A DNA stretch of 64,000 nucleotides from assembly GCA_964016885.1 (NCBI GenBank), contig OZ024744.1, positions 116,002,001 to 116,066,000 on the forward strand. The letters are read 5' to 3'. Shown in pieces: positions 1 to 14,760 of this stretch. Source of the DNA: Eledone cirrhosa. Taxonomy: Eukaryota. The position numbers were made by a program, and so were the translations under genes. Each line of letters begins with the position of its first letter. Within the stretch, counting starts at the first letter, position 1. The notes under the pieces are model-generated. The model searched no databases. It was given only the letters and a program-made list of their open reading frames with translations, and had not been told where the DNA came from.

Positions 1-3000
1 TCTCTCATATCTTGTCTCTCTCTCTCTCTATATATATGTAATGTCTCTCATATCTTGTCTCTCTCTCTATATATATAATGTCTCTCATATCTTGTCTCTC
101 TCTCTATATGTATATAATGTCTCTCATATCTTGTCTCTCTCTCTCTATATATATAATGTCTCTCATATCTTGTCTCTCTCTCTATATATATATAATGTCT
201 CTCATATCTTGTCTCTCTCTCTCTCTATATATAATGTCTCTCATATCTTATCTCTCTCTCTATATATATAATGTCTCTCATATCTTGTCTCTCTCTCTCT
301 ATATATATATAATGTCTCTCATATCTTGTCTCTCTCTCTATATGTATATAATGTCTCTCATATCTTGTCCCTCTCTCTCTATATATATAATGTCTCTCAT
401 ATCTTGTCTCTCTCCCTCTCTCTCTATATAATGTCTCTCATATCTTGTCTCTCTCTCTATATATATATATAATGTCTCTCATATCTTGTCTCTCTCTCTA
501 TATATATAATGTCTCTCATATCTTGTCTCTCACTCTATATACATATAATGTCTCTCATATCTTGTCTCTCTCTCTATATATATAATGTCTCTCATATCTT
601 GTCTCTCTCTCTCTATATATATATATAATGTCTCTCATATCTTGTCTCTCTCTCTATATATATATAATGTCTCTCATATCTTGTCCCTCTCTCTCTATAA
701 ATAATGTTTCTCATATCTTGTCCCTCTCTCTCTATATATATATAATGTCTCTCATATCTTGTCTCTCTCTCTATATATATAATGTCTCTAATATCTTGTC
801 TCTCTCTTATATATATAATGTCTCTCATATCTTGTCTTTCTCTCTATATATATAATGTCTCTCATATCTTATCTCTGTCTCTCTATATATATAAAATGCC
901 TCTCATATCTTGTCTCTCTCTCTCTATATATATATAATGTCTCTCATATCTTGTCTCTCTGTCTATATATATAATGTCTCTCATATCTTGTCTCTCTCTC
1001 TATATATATATGTAATGTCTCTCATATCTTGTCTCTCGCTCTATATATACAATGTCTCACATATCTTGTCTCTCTCTCTATATATATATAATGTCTCTCA
1101 TATCTTGTCTCTCTCTATATATAATGTCTCTCATATCTTGTCGCTCTCTCTCTATATATATAATGTCTCTCATATCTTGTCTCTCTCTCTCTATATATAA
1201 TGTCTCTCATATCTTGTCTCTCTCTCTCTATATATATAATGTCTCTCATATCTTGTCTCTCTCTATATATATATAATGTCTCTCATATCTTGTCACTCTC
1301 TCTCTATATATATAATGTCCCTCATATCTTGTCTCTCTCTCTCTATATATATATAATGTCTCTCATATCTTGTCTCTCTCTCTATATATACAATGTCTCT
1401 CATATCTTGTCTCTCTCTCTATATATATATAATGTCTCTCATATCTTGTCTCTCTCTCTCTATATATATAATGTCTCTCATATCTTGTCTCTCTCTCTAT
1501 ATATATAATGTCTCTCATATCTTATCTCTCTCTTTATATATATATAAAGTCTCTCATATCTTGTCTCTCTCTCTATATATAATGTCTCTCATATCTTGTC
1601 TCTCTCTCTCTCTATATATATATAATGTCTCTCATATCTTGTCTCTCTCTCTATATATATAATGTCTCTCATATCTTGTCTCTCTCTATATATATATAAT
1701 GTCTCTCATATCTTGTCGCTCTCTATATATATAATGTCTCTCATATCTTGTCTCTCTCTATATATATATATAATGTCTCTCATATCTCGTCTCTCTCTCT
1801 ATATATATATATAATGTCTCTCATATCTTGTCTCTCTCTCTCTATATATATATAATGTCTCTCATAGCCTGTCTCTCTCTCTCTATATATATAATGTCTC
1901 TCATATCTTGTCTCTCTCTCTCTATATATAATGTCTCTCATAACTTGTCTCTCTGTCTCTCTCTATATATAATGTCTCTCATAACTTGTCTCTCTCCTTA
2001 TATATATAATGTCTCTCATATCTTGTCTCTCTCTCTATATATATAATGTCTCTCATATCTTGTCTCTCTCTCTCGATATATAATGTCTATCATATCTTGT
2101 CTCTCTCTCTCTATATATATAATGTCTCTCATATCTTGTCTCTCTCTATATATAATGTCTCTCATATCTTGGCTCTCTCTATATATATATAATGTCTCTC
2201 ATCTTGTCTCTCTCTATATATATAATGTCTCTCATATCTTGTCTCTCTCTCTATATATATAATGTCTCTCATATCTTGTCTCTCTGTCTCTCTCTATATA
2301 TAATGTCTCTCATATCTTGTCTCTCTCTCTCTCTCTATATATATATAAAGTCTCTCATATCTTGTCTCTCTCTCTCTCTATATATATAATGTCTCTCATA
2401 TCTTGTCCCTCTCTCTCTATAAATAATGTTTCTCATATCTTGTCCCTCTCTCTCTATATATATATAATGTCTCTCATATCATGTCTCTCTCTATATATAT
2501 ATAATGTCTCTCATATCTTGTCTCTCTCTCTATATATATATATAATGTCTCTCATATCTAGTCTCTCTCTCTATATATATAATGTCTCTCATATCTTTTC
2601 TCTCTCTCTCTATATATATAAAATGCCTCTCATATCTTGTCTCTCTCTCTCTATATATATATAGTGTCTCTCATATCTTGTCTCTCTGTCTATATATATA
2701 ATGTCTCTCATATCTTGTCTCTCTCTCTCTATATATATATAATGTCTCTCATATCTTGTCTCTCTCTCTATATATATATAATGTCTCTCATATCTTGTCT
2801 CACTCTCTATATATATATAATGTCTCTCATATCTTGTCTCTCTCTCTATATATATATATAATGTCTCTCATATCTTGTCTCTCTCTCTCTATATATAATG
2901 TCTCTCATATCTTGTCTCTCTCTCTATATATATATATTATGTCTATCATATCTTGTCTCTCTCTATATATATAATGTCTCTCATATCTTGTCTCTCTCTC

Positions 3001-6000
3001 TCTCTATATATATAATGTCTCTCATATCTTGTCTCTCTCTATATATATACAATGTCTCTCATATCTTGTCTCTCTATATATATAATGTCTCTCATATCTT
3101 GTCTCTCTCTATATATATAATGTCTCTCATATCTTGTCGCTCTCTCTCTATATATATAATGTCTCTCATATCTTGTCTCTCTCTATATATATAATGTCTC
3201 TCATATCTTGTCACTCTCTCTCTATATATATAATGTCTCTCATATCTTGTCTCTCTCTCTCTCTATATATATAATGTCTCTCATATCTTGTCTCTCTCTC
3301 TATATATACAATGTCTCTCATATCTTGTCTCTTTCTCTATATATATATAATGTCTCTCATATCTTGTCTCTCTCTCTATATATATAATGTCTCTCATATC
3401 TTGTCTCTCTCTCTATATATATAATGTCTCTCATATCTTATCTCTCTCTCTATATATATATAAAGTCTCTCATATCTTGTCTCTCTCTCTATATATAATG
3501 TCTCTCATATCTTGTGTCTCTCTCTCTCTCTATATATATAATGTCTCTCATATCTTGTCTCTCTCTCTATATATATATAATGTCTCTCATATCTTGTCTC
3601 TCTCTCTATATATACAATGTCTCTCATATCTTGTCTCTCTCTCTATATATACAATGTCTCTCATATCTTGTCTCTCTCTCTATATATATATAATGTCTCT
3701 CATATCTTGTCTCTCTCTCTATATATATAATGTCTCTCTTATCTTGTTGCTCTCTCTATATATGTATAATGTCTCTCATATCTTGTCTCTCTCTCTATAT
3801 ATACAATGTCTCTCATATCTTGTCACTCTCTCTCTATATATACAATGTCTCTCATATCTTGTCTCTCTCTCTCTCTCTATATATATATAATGACTCACAT
3901 ATCTTGTCTCTCTCTCTATATATATATGTAATGTCTCTCATATCTTGTCTCTCTCTCTCTCTATAATAATGTCTCTCATATCTTGTCCCTCTCTCTCTAT
4001 ATATAATGTCTCTCATATCTTGTCTCTCTCTATATATATATAACGTCTCTCATATCTTGTCTCTCTCTCTCTCTATATAAATAATGTCTCTCATATCTTG
4101 TCCCACTCTCTCTATATATATAATGTCTCTCATATCTTGTCTCTCTCTCTCTATATATAATGTCTCTCATATCTTGTCCTTCTCTCTCTATATATAATGT
4201 CTCTCATATCTTGTCTCTCTCTCTATATATATAATGTCTCTCATATCTTGTCTCTCTCTCTCTATATATATAATGTCTCTCATATCTTGTCTCTCTCTCT
4301 ATATATATATAATGTCTCTCATATCTTGTATCTCTCTCTCTCTATATATATATATAATGTCTCTCATATCTTGTCTCTCTCTCTCTATATATATAATGTC
4401 TCTCATATTTTGTCGCCCTCTCTCTATATATATAATGTCACTCATATCTTGTCGCTAGCTCTCTCTATATATAATGTCTCTCATATCTTGTCTCTCTCTC
4501 TATATATTTATAATGTCTCTCATATCTTGTCTCTCTCTGTCTATATATATATAATGTCTCTCATATCTTGTCTCTCTCTCTCTATTTATATATAATGCCT
4601 CTCATATCTTGTCTCTCTCTCTATATATATAATGTCTCTCATATCTTGTCTCTCTCTATATATATAATGTCTCTCATATCTTGTCACTCTCTCTCTATTT
4701 ATATAATGTCTCTCACATCTTGTCTCTCTCTCTATATATAATGTCTCTCATATCTTGTCTCTCTCTCTATATATATATAATGTCTCTCATATCTTGTCTC
4801 TCTCTCTATATATACAATGTCTCTCATATCTTGTCACTCTCTCTATATATATATAATGTCTCTCATATCTTGTCTCTCTCTCTATATATATATATAATGT
4901 CTCTCATATCTTGTCTCTCTCTCTCTATATATATATAATGTCTCTCATATCTTGTCTCTCTCTCTATATATATAATGTCTCTCATATCTTGTCTTTCTCT
5001 CTATATATATAAAGTCTCTCATATCTTATCTCTCTCACACTATATATATAAAATGCCTCTCATATCTTGTCTCTCTCTCTATATATATATATAATGTCTC
5101 TCATATCTTGTCTCTCTGTCTATATATATAATGTCTCTCATATCTTGTCTCTCTCTCTATATATATATATAATGTCTCTCATATCTTGTCTCTCTCTATA
5201 TATACAATGTCTCTCATATCTTGTCTCTCTCTCTATATATATATAATGTCTCTCATATCTTGTCTCTCTCTATATATAATGTCTCTCATATCTTGTCGCT
5301 CTCTCTCTATATATATAATGTCTCTCATATCTTGTCTCTCTCTATATATATATAATGTCTCTCATATCTTGTCTCTCTCTCTCTATATATATAATGTCTC
5401 TCATATCTTGTCTCTCTCTATATATATAATGTCTCTCATATCTTGTCACTCTCTCTCTATATATATAATGTCTCTCATATCTTGTCTCTCTCTCTCTATA
5501 TATATATAATGTCTCTCATATCTTGTCTCTCTCTCTATATATACAATGTCTCTCATATCTTGTCTCTCTCTCTATATATATATAATGTCTCTCATATCTT
5601 GTCTCTCTCTCTATATATATATAATGTCTCTCATATCTTGTCTCTCTCTCTATATATATAATGTCTCTCATATCTTATCTCTCTCTCTATATATATATAA
5701 AGTCTCTCATATCTTGTCTCTCTCTCTATATATAATGTCTCTCATATCTTGTCTCTCTCTCTCTCTATATATATATAATGTCTCTCATATCTTGTCTCTC
5801 TCTCTCTATATATAATGTCTCTCATATCTTGTCTCTCTCTATATATATATAATGTCTCTCATATCTTGTCTCTCTCTATATATATAATGTCTCTCATATC
5901 TTATCTCTCTCTCTATATATATATAATGTCTCTCATATCTCGTCTCTCTCTCTATATATATATATAATGTCTCTCATATCTTGTCTCTCTCTCTCTATAT

Positions 6001-9000
6001 ATATATAATGTCTCTCATAGCCTGTCTCTCTCTCTCTATATATATAATGTCTCTCATATATTGTCTCTCTCTCTATATATATAATGTCTCTCATAACTTG
6101 TCTCACTGTCTCTCTCTATATATAATGTCTCTCATAACTTGTCTCTCTCCTTATATATATAATGTCTCTCATATCTTGTCTCTCTCTCTCTATATATATA
6201 ATGTCTCTCATATCTTGTCTCTCTCTCTATATATATAATGTCTATCATATCTTGTCTCTCTCTCTATATATATATAATGTCCCTCATATCTTGTCTCTCT
6301 CTCTCTATATATATAATGTCTCTCATATCTTGTCTCTCTCTCTATATATATAATGTCTCTCGTATCTTGGCTCTCTCTCTATATATATAATGTCTCTCAT
6401 ATCTTGTCTCTCTCTATATATATAATGTCTCTCATATCTTGTCTCTCTCTCTATATATATAATGTCTCTCATATCTTGTCTCTCTCTCTCTATATATATA
6501 ATGTCTCTCATATCTTGTCTCTCTGTCTCTCTCTATATATAATGTCTCTCATATCTTGTCTCTCTCTCTCTATATATATATAAAGTCTCTCATATCTTGT
6601 CTCTTTCTCTCTCTATATATATAATGTCTCTCATATCTTGTCCCTCTCTCTCTATAAATAATGTTTCTCATATCTTGTCTCTCTCTCTATATATATATAA
6701 TGTCTCTCATATCTTGTCTCTCTCTCTATATATATAATGTCTCTCATATCTTGTCTCTCTCTCTCTCTATATATATAATGTCTCTCATATCTTGTCTCTC
6801 TCTCTCTCTCTATATAAAATGCATCTCATATCTTGTCTCTCTCTCTATATATATATATAATGTCTCTCATATCTTGTCTCTCTGTCTCTATATATAATGT
6901 CTCTCATATCTTGTCTCTCTCTCTCTCTATATATATAATGTCTCTCATATCTTGTCTCTCTCTCTCTATATATATAATGTCTCTCATATCTTGTCTCACT
7001 CTCTATATATATATAATGTCTCTCATATCTTGTCTCTCTCTCTCTATATATATATAATGTCTCTCATATCTTGTCTCTCTCTCTCTCTATATATATAATG
7101 TCTCTCATATCTTGTCTCTCTCTCTATATATATATTATGTCTCTCATATCTTGTCTCTCTCTATATATATAATGTCTCTCATATCTTGTCTCTCTCTCTC
7201 TATATATATAATGTCTCTCATATCTTGTCTCTCTCTCTATATATACAATGTCTCTCATATCTTGTCTCTCTCTCTATATATATATAATGTCTCTCATATC
7301 TTGTCTCTCTCTATATATATAATGTCTCTCATATCTTGTCGCTCTCTCTCTATATATATAATGTCTCTCATATCTTGTCTCTCTCTATATATATAATGTC
7401 TCTCATATCATGTCACTCTCTCTCTATATATATAATGTCTCTCATATCTTGTCTCTCTCTCTCTCTATATATATAATGTCTCTCATATCTTCTCTCTCTC
7501 TCTATATATACAATGTCTGTCATATCTTGTCTCTTTCTATCTATATATATAATGTCTCTCATATCTTGTCTCTCTCTCTATATATATATAATGTCTCTCA
7601 TATCTTGTGTCTCTCTCTCTATATATATATATAATGTCTCTCATATCTTGTCTCTCTCTCTCTATATATATAATGTCTCTCATATCTTGTCTCTCTCTCT
7701 ATATATATATAATGTCTCTCATATTTTGTCTCTCTCTATATATATATAATGTCTCTCATATCTTGTCTCTCTCTCTCTATATATATAATGTCTCTCATAT
7801 CTTGTCTCTCTCTCTATATATATACTGTCTCTCATATCTTGTCTCTCTCTCTATATATATATAATGTTTCTCATATCTTGTCTCTCTGTCTCTCTCTATA
7901 TATAATGTCTCTCATATCTTGTCTCTCTCTCTCTCTATATATATAAAGTCTCTCATATCTTGTCTCTCTCTATATATACAATGTCTCTCATATCTTGTCC
8001 CTCTCTCTCTATATATATATAATGTCTCTCATATCTTATCTCTCTCTCTCTATATATATAAAATGCCTCTCATATCTTGTCTCTCTCTCTCTCTATATAT
8101 ATAATGTCTCTCATATCTTGTCTCACTCTCTCTATATATATAATGTCTCTCATATCTTGTCTCTCTCTTTCTCTATATATATAATGTCTCTCATATCTTG
8201 TCTCTCTCTCTATATATATATATAATGTCTCTCATATCTTGTCTCTCTCTCTATATATATATTATGTCTCTCATATCTTGTCTCTCTCTATATATATATA
8301 ATGTCTCTCATATCTTGTCTCTCTCTCTATATATATAATGTCTCTCATATCTTGTCTCTCTCTATATATATATAATGTCTATCATATATTGTCTCTCTCT
8401 CTCTATATATATAATGTCTCTCATATCTTGTCTCTCTGTCTCTCTCTATATATAATGTCTCTCATATCTTGTCTCTCTCTCTCTATATATATATAAAGTC
8501 TCTCATATCTTGTCTCTCTCTCTATATACAATGTCTCTCATATCTTGTCTCTCTCTCTATCTATATATATAATGTCTCTCATATCTTGTCTCTCTCTATA
8601 TATATATAATGTCTCTCATATCTTGTCCCTCTCTCTCTATAAATAATGTTTCTCATATCTTGTCCCTCTCTCTCTCTATATATATAATGTCTCTCATATC
8701 TTGTCTCTCTCTCTATATATATATATATATAATGTCTCTCATATCTTGTCTCTCTCTCTATATATACAATGTCTCTCATATCTTGTCTCTTTCTCTATAT
8801 ATATATAATGTCTCTCATATCTTGTCTCTCTCTCTATATATATATAATGTCTCTCATATCTTGTCTCTCTCTCTATATATATAATGTCTCTCATATCTTA
8901 TCTCTCTCTCTCTATATATATAAAGTCTCTCATATCTTGTCTCTCTCTCTATATATAATGTCTCTCATATCTTGTGTCTCTCTCTCTCTCTATATATATA

Positions 9001-12000
9001 ATGTCTCTCATATCTTGTCTCTCTCTCTATATATATAATGTCTCTCATATCTTGTCTCTCTCTCTCTATATATATAATGTCTCTCATATCTTGTCTCTCT
9101 CTCTATATATATATAATGTCTCTCATATCTTGTATCTCTCTCTATATATATAATGTCTCTCATATCTTGTCTCTCTCTATATATATATAATGTCTCTCAT
9201 ATCTTGTCTCTCTCTATATATATAATGTCTCTCATATCTTGTCTCTCTCTCTATATATATAATGTCTCTTATATCTTGTCTCTCTCTCTCTATATATATA
9301 ATGTCTCTCATATCTTGTCTCTCTGTCTCTCTCTATATATAATGTCTCTCATATCTTGTCTCTCTCTCTCTATATATATAAAGTCTCTCATATCTTGTCT
9401 CTCTCTCTATATACAATGTCTCTCATATCTTGTCTCTCTCTCTCTCTATATATATAATGTCTCTCATATCTTGTCTCTCTCTCTATTTATATATAATGTC
9501 TCTCATATCTTGTCTCTCTCTCTATATATATAATGTCTCTCACATCTTATCTCTCTCTCTATATATATATATAATGTCTCTCATATCTTGTCTCTGTCTC
9601 TCTATATATATATAATGTCTCTCATATCTTGTCTCTCTCTCTCTCTATATATATGTAATGTCTCTCATATCTTGTCTCTCTCTCTATATATATAATGTCT
9701 CTCATATCTTGTCTCTCTCTCTATATGTATATAATGTCTCTCATATCTTGTCTCTCTCTCTCTATATATATAATGTCTCTCATATCTTGTCTCTCTCTCT
9801 CTATATATATAATGTCTCTCATATCTTGTCTCTCTCTCTCTCTATATATAATGTCTCTCATATCTTATCTCTCTCTCTATATATATAATGTCTCTCATAT
9901 CTTGTCTCTCTCTCTCTCTATATATATAATGTCTCTCATATCTTGTCTCTCTCTCTATATGTATATAATGTCTCTCATATCTTGTCCCTCTCTCTCTATA
10001 TATATAATGTCTCTCATATCTTGTCTCTCTCCCTCTCTCTCTATATAATGTCTCTCATATCTTGTCTCTCTCTCTATATATATATATAATGTCTCTCATA
10101 TCTTGTCTCTCTCTCTATATATATAATGTCTCTCATATCTTGTCTCTCACTCTATATACATATAATGTCTCTCATATCTTGTCTCTCTCTCTATATATAT
10201 AATGTCTCTCATATCTTGTCTCTCTCTCTCTATATATATATATAATGTCTCTCATATCTTGTCTCTCTCTCTCTATATATATAATGTCTCTCATATCTTG
10301 TCCCTCTCTCTCTATAAATAATGTTTCTCATATCTTGTCCCTCTCTCTCTATATATATATAATGTCTCTCATATCTTGTCTCTCTCTCTATATATATAAT
10401 GTCTCTCATATCTTGTCTCTCTCTTATATATATATATAATGTCTCTCATATCTTGTCTTTCTCTCTATATATATAATGTCTCTCATATCTTATCTCTGTC
10501 TCTCTATATATATAAAATGCCTCTCATATCTTGTCTCTCTCTCTCTATATATATATAATGTCTCTCATATCTTGTCTCTCTGTCTATATATATAATGTCT
10601 CTCATATCTTGTCTCTCTCTCTATATATATATGTAATGTCTCTCATATCTTGTCTCTCGCTCTATATATACAATGTCTCACATATCTTGTCTCTCTCTCT
10701 ATATATATATAATGTCTCTCATATCTTGTCTCTCTCTATATATAATGTCTCTCATATCTTGTCGCTCTCTCTCTATATATATAATGTCTCTCATATCTTG
10801 TCTCTCTCTCTCTATATATAATGTCTCTCATATCTTGTCTCTCTCTCTATATATATATAATGTCTCTCATATCTTGTCTCTCTCTATATATATATAATGT
10901 CTCTCATATCTTGTCACTCTCTCTCTATATATATAATGTCCCTCATATCTTGTCTCTCTCTCTCTATATATATATAATGTCTCTCATATCTTGTCTCTCT
11001 CTCTATATATACAATGTCTCTCATATCTTGTCTCTCTCTCTATATATATATAATGTCTCTCATATCTTGTCTCTCTCTCTCTATATATATAATGTCTCTC
11101 ATATCTTGTCTCTCTCTCTATATATATAATGTCTCTCATATCTTATCTCTCTCTTTATATATATATAAAGTCTCTCATATCTTGTCTCTCTCTCTATATA
11201 TAATGTCTCTCATATCTTGTCTCTCTCTCTCTCTATATATATATAATGTCTCTCATATCTTGTCTCTCTCTCTATATATATAATGTCTCTCATATCTTGT
11301 CTCTCTCTATATATATATAATGTCTCTCATATCTTGTCGCTCTCTATATATATAATGTCTCTCATATCTTGTCTCTCTCTATATATATATATAATGTCTC
11401 TCATATCTCGTCTCTCTCTCTATATATATATATAATGTCTCTCATATCTTGTCTCTCTCTCTCTATATATATATAATGTCTCTCATAGCCTGTCTCTCTC
11501 TCTCTATATATATAATGTCTCTCATATCTTGTCTCTCTCTCTCTATATATAATGTCTCTCATAACTTGTCTCTCTGTCTCTCTCTATATATAATGTCTCT
11601 CATAACTTGTCTCTCTCCTTATATATATAATGTCTCTCATATCTTGTCTCTCTCTCTATATATATAATGTCTCTCATATCTTGTCTCTCTCTCTCGATAT
11701 ATAATGTCTATCATATCTTGTCTCTCTCTCTCTATATATATAATGTCTCTCATATCTTGTCTCTCTCTATATATAATGTCTCTCATATCTTGGCTCTCTC
11801 TATATATATATAATGTCTCTCATCTTGTCTCTCTCTATATATATAATGTCTCTCATATCTTGTCTCTCTCTCTATATATATAATGTCTCTCATATCTTGT
11901 CTCTCTGTCTCTCTCTATATATAATGTCTCTCATATCTTGTCTCTCTCTCTCTCTATATATATATATAAAGTCTCTCATATCTTGTCTCTCTCTCTCTAT

Positions 12001-14760
12001 ATATATATAATGTCTCTCATATCTTGTCCCTCTCTCTCTATAAATAATGTTTCTCATATCTTGTCCCTCTCTCTCTATATATATATAATGTCTCTCATAT
12101 CATGTCTCTCTCTATATATATATAATGTCTCTCATATCTTGTCTCTCTCTCTATATATATATATAATGTCTCTCATATCTAGTCTCTCTCTCTATATATA
12201 TAATGTCTCTCATATCTTTTCTCTCTCTCTCTATATATATAAAATGCCTCTCATATCTTGTCTCTCTCTCTCTATATATATATAGTGTCTCTCATATCTT
12301 GTCTCTCTGTCTATATATATAATGTCTCTCATATCTTGTCTCTCTCTCTCTATATATATATAATGTCTCTCATATCTTGTCTCTCTCTCTATATATATAT
12401 AATGTCTCTCATATCTTGTCTCACTCTCTATATATATATAATGTCTCTCATATCTTGTCTCTCTCTCTATATATATATATAATGTCTCTCATATCTTGTC
12501 TCTCTCTCTCTATATATATATAATGTCTCTCATATCTTGTCTCTCTCTCTATATATATATTATGTCTATCATATCTTGTCTCTCTCTATATATATAATGT
12601 CTCTCATATCTTGTCTCTATCTCTCTCTATATATATAATGTCTCTCATATCTTGTCTCTCTCTATATATATACAATGTCTCTCATATCTTGTCTCTCTAT
12701 ATATATAATGTCTCTCATATCTTGTCTCTCTCTATATATATAATGTCTCTCATATCTTGTCGCTCTCTCTCTATATATATAATGTCTCTCATATCTTGTC
12801 TCTCTCTATATATATAATGTCTCTCATATCTTGTCACTCTCTCTCTATATATATAATGTCTCTCATATCTTGTCTCTCTCTCTCTCTATATATATAATGT
12901 CTCTCATATCTTGTCTCTCTCTCTATATATACAATGTCTCTCATATCTTGTCTCTTTCTCTATATATATATAATGTCTCTCATATCTTGTCTCTCTCTCT
13001 ATATATATATAATGTCTCTCATATCTTGTCTCTCTCTCTATATATATAATGTCTCTCATATCTTATCTCTCTCTCTCTATATATATAAAGTCTCTCATAT
13101 CTTGTCTCTCTCTCTATATATAATGTCTCTCATATCTTGTGTCTCTCTCTCTCTATATATATATAATGTCTCTCATATCTTGTCTCTCTCTCTATATATA
13201 TAATGTCTCTCATATCTTGTCTCTCTCTCTCTATATATATAATGTCTCTCATATCTTGTCTCTCTCTCTATATATATATAATGTCTCTCATATCTTGTCT
13301 CTCTGTCTATATATATAATGTCTCTCATATCTTGTCTCTCTCTCTATATATATATAATGTCTCTCATATCTTGTCTCTCTCTCTCTATATATATAATGTC
13401 TCTCATATCTTGTCTCTCTCTCTATATATACAATGTCTCTCATATCTTGTCTCTCTCTCTATATATACAATGTCTCTCATATCTTGTCTCTCTCTCTATA
13501 TATATATAATGTCTCTCATATCTTGTCTCTCTCTCTATATATATAATGTCTCTCTTATCTTGTTGCTCTCTCTATATATGTATAATGTCTCTCATATCTT
13601 GTCTCTCTCTCTATATATACAATGTCTCTCATATCTTGTCACTCTCTCTCTATATATACAATGTCTCTCATATCTTGTCTCTCTCTCTCTCTCTCTATAT
13701 ATATAATGACTCACATATCTTGTCTCTCTCTCTATATATATATGTAATGTCTCTCATATCTTGTCTCTCTCTCTCTCTATAATAATGTCTCTCATATCTT
13801 GTCCCTCTCTCTCTATATATAATGTCTCTCATATCTTGTCTCTCTCTATATATATATAACGTCTCTCATATCTTGTCTCTCTCTCTCTCTATATAAATAA
13901 CGTCTCTCATATCTTGTCCCACTCTCTTTATATATATAATGTCTCTCATATCTTGTCTCTCTCTCTCTATATATAATGTCTCTCATATCTTGTCCTTCTC
14001 TCTCTATATATAATGTCTCTCATATCTTGTCTCTCTCTCTATATATATAATGTCTCTCATATCTTGTCTCTCTCTCTCTATATATATAATGTCTCTCATA
14101 TCTTGTCTCTCTCTCTCTATATATATAATGTCTCTCATATCTTGTATCTCTCTCTCTCTATATATATATATAATGTCTCTCATATCTTGTCTCTCTCTCT
14201 CTATATATATAATGTCTCTCATATTTTGTCGCCCTCTCTCTATATATATAATGTCACTCATATCTTGTCGCTAGCTCTCTCTATATATAATGTCTCTCAT
14301 ATCTTGTCTCTCTCTCTATATATTTATAATGTCTCTCATATCTTGTCTCTCTCTGTCTATATATATATAATGTCTCTCATATCTTGTCTCTCTCTCTCTA
14401 TTTATATATAATGCCTCTCATATCTTGTCTCTCTCTCTATATATATAATGTCTCTCATATCTTGTCTCTCTCTATATATATAATGTCTCTCATATCTTGT
14501 CACTCTCTCTCTATTTATATAATGTCTCTCACATCTTGTCTCTCTCTCTATATATAATGTCTCTCATATCTTGTCTCTCTCTCTATATATATATAATGTC
14601 TCTCATATCTTGTCTCTCTCTCTATATATACAATGTCTCTCATATCTTGTCACTCTCTCTATATATATATAATGTCTCTCATATCTTGTCTCTCTCTCTA
14701 TATATATATATAATGTCTCTCATATCTTGTCTCTCTCTCTCTATATATATATAATGTCTC
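1..14760. repeat. ~9.6-kb-period duplication: ~1-4.94 kb repeated at ~9.62-14.76 kb
   Basis: Matching pairs 41/9658, 910/10531, 2637/12258, 3730/13546 and 4681/14497. Rare variants are shared, e.g. CTCGATAT at ~2073/11694 and GTCGCTAGCT at ~4451/14267. Confidence 0.88.

Noticed and set aside
68-80. TATA box (TATATAA) followed by ATG in each monomer
   Set aside because: This is a by-product of the (TA)m-ATG junction; the ATG directly abuts the motif and there is no downstream gene.
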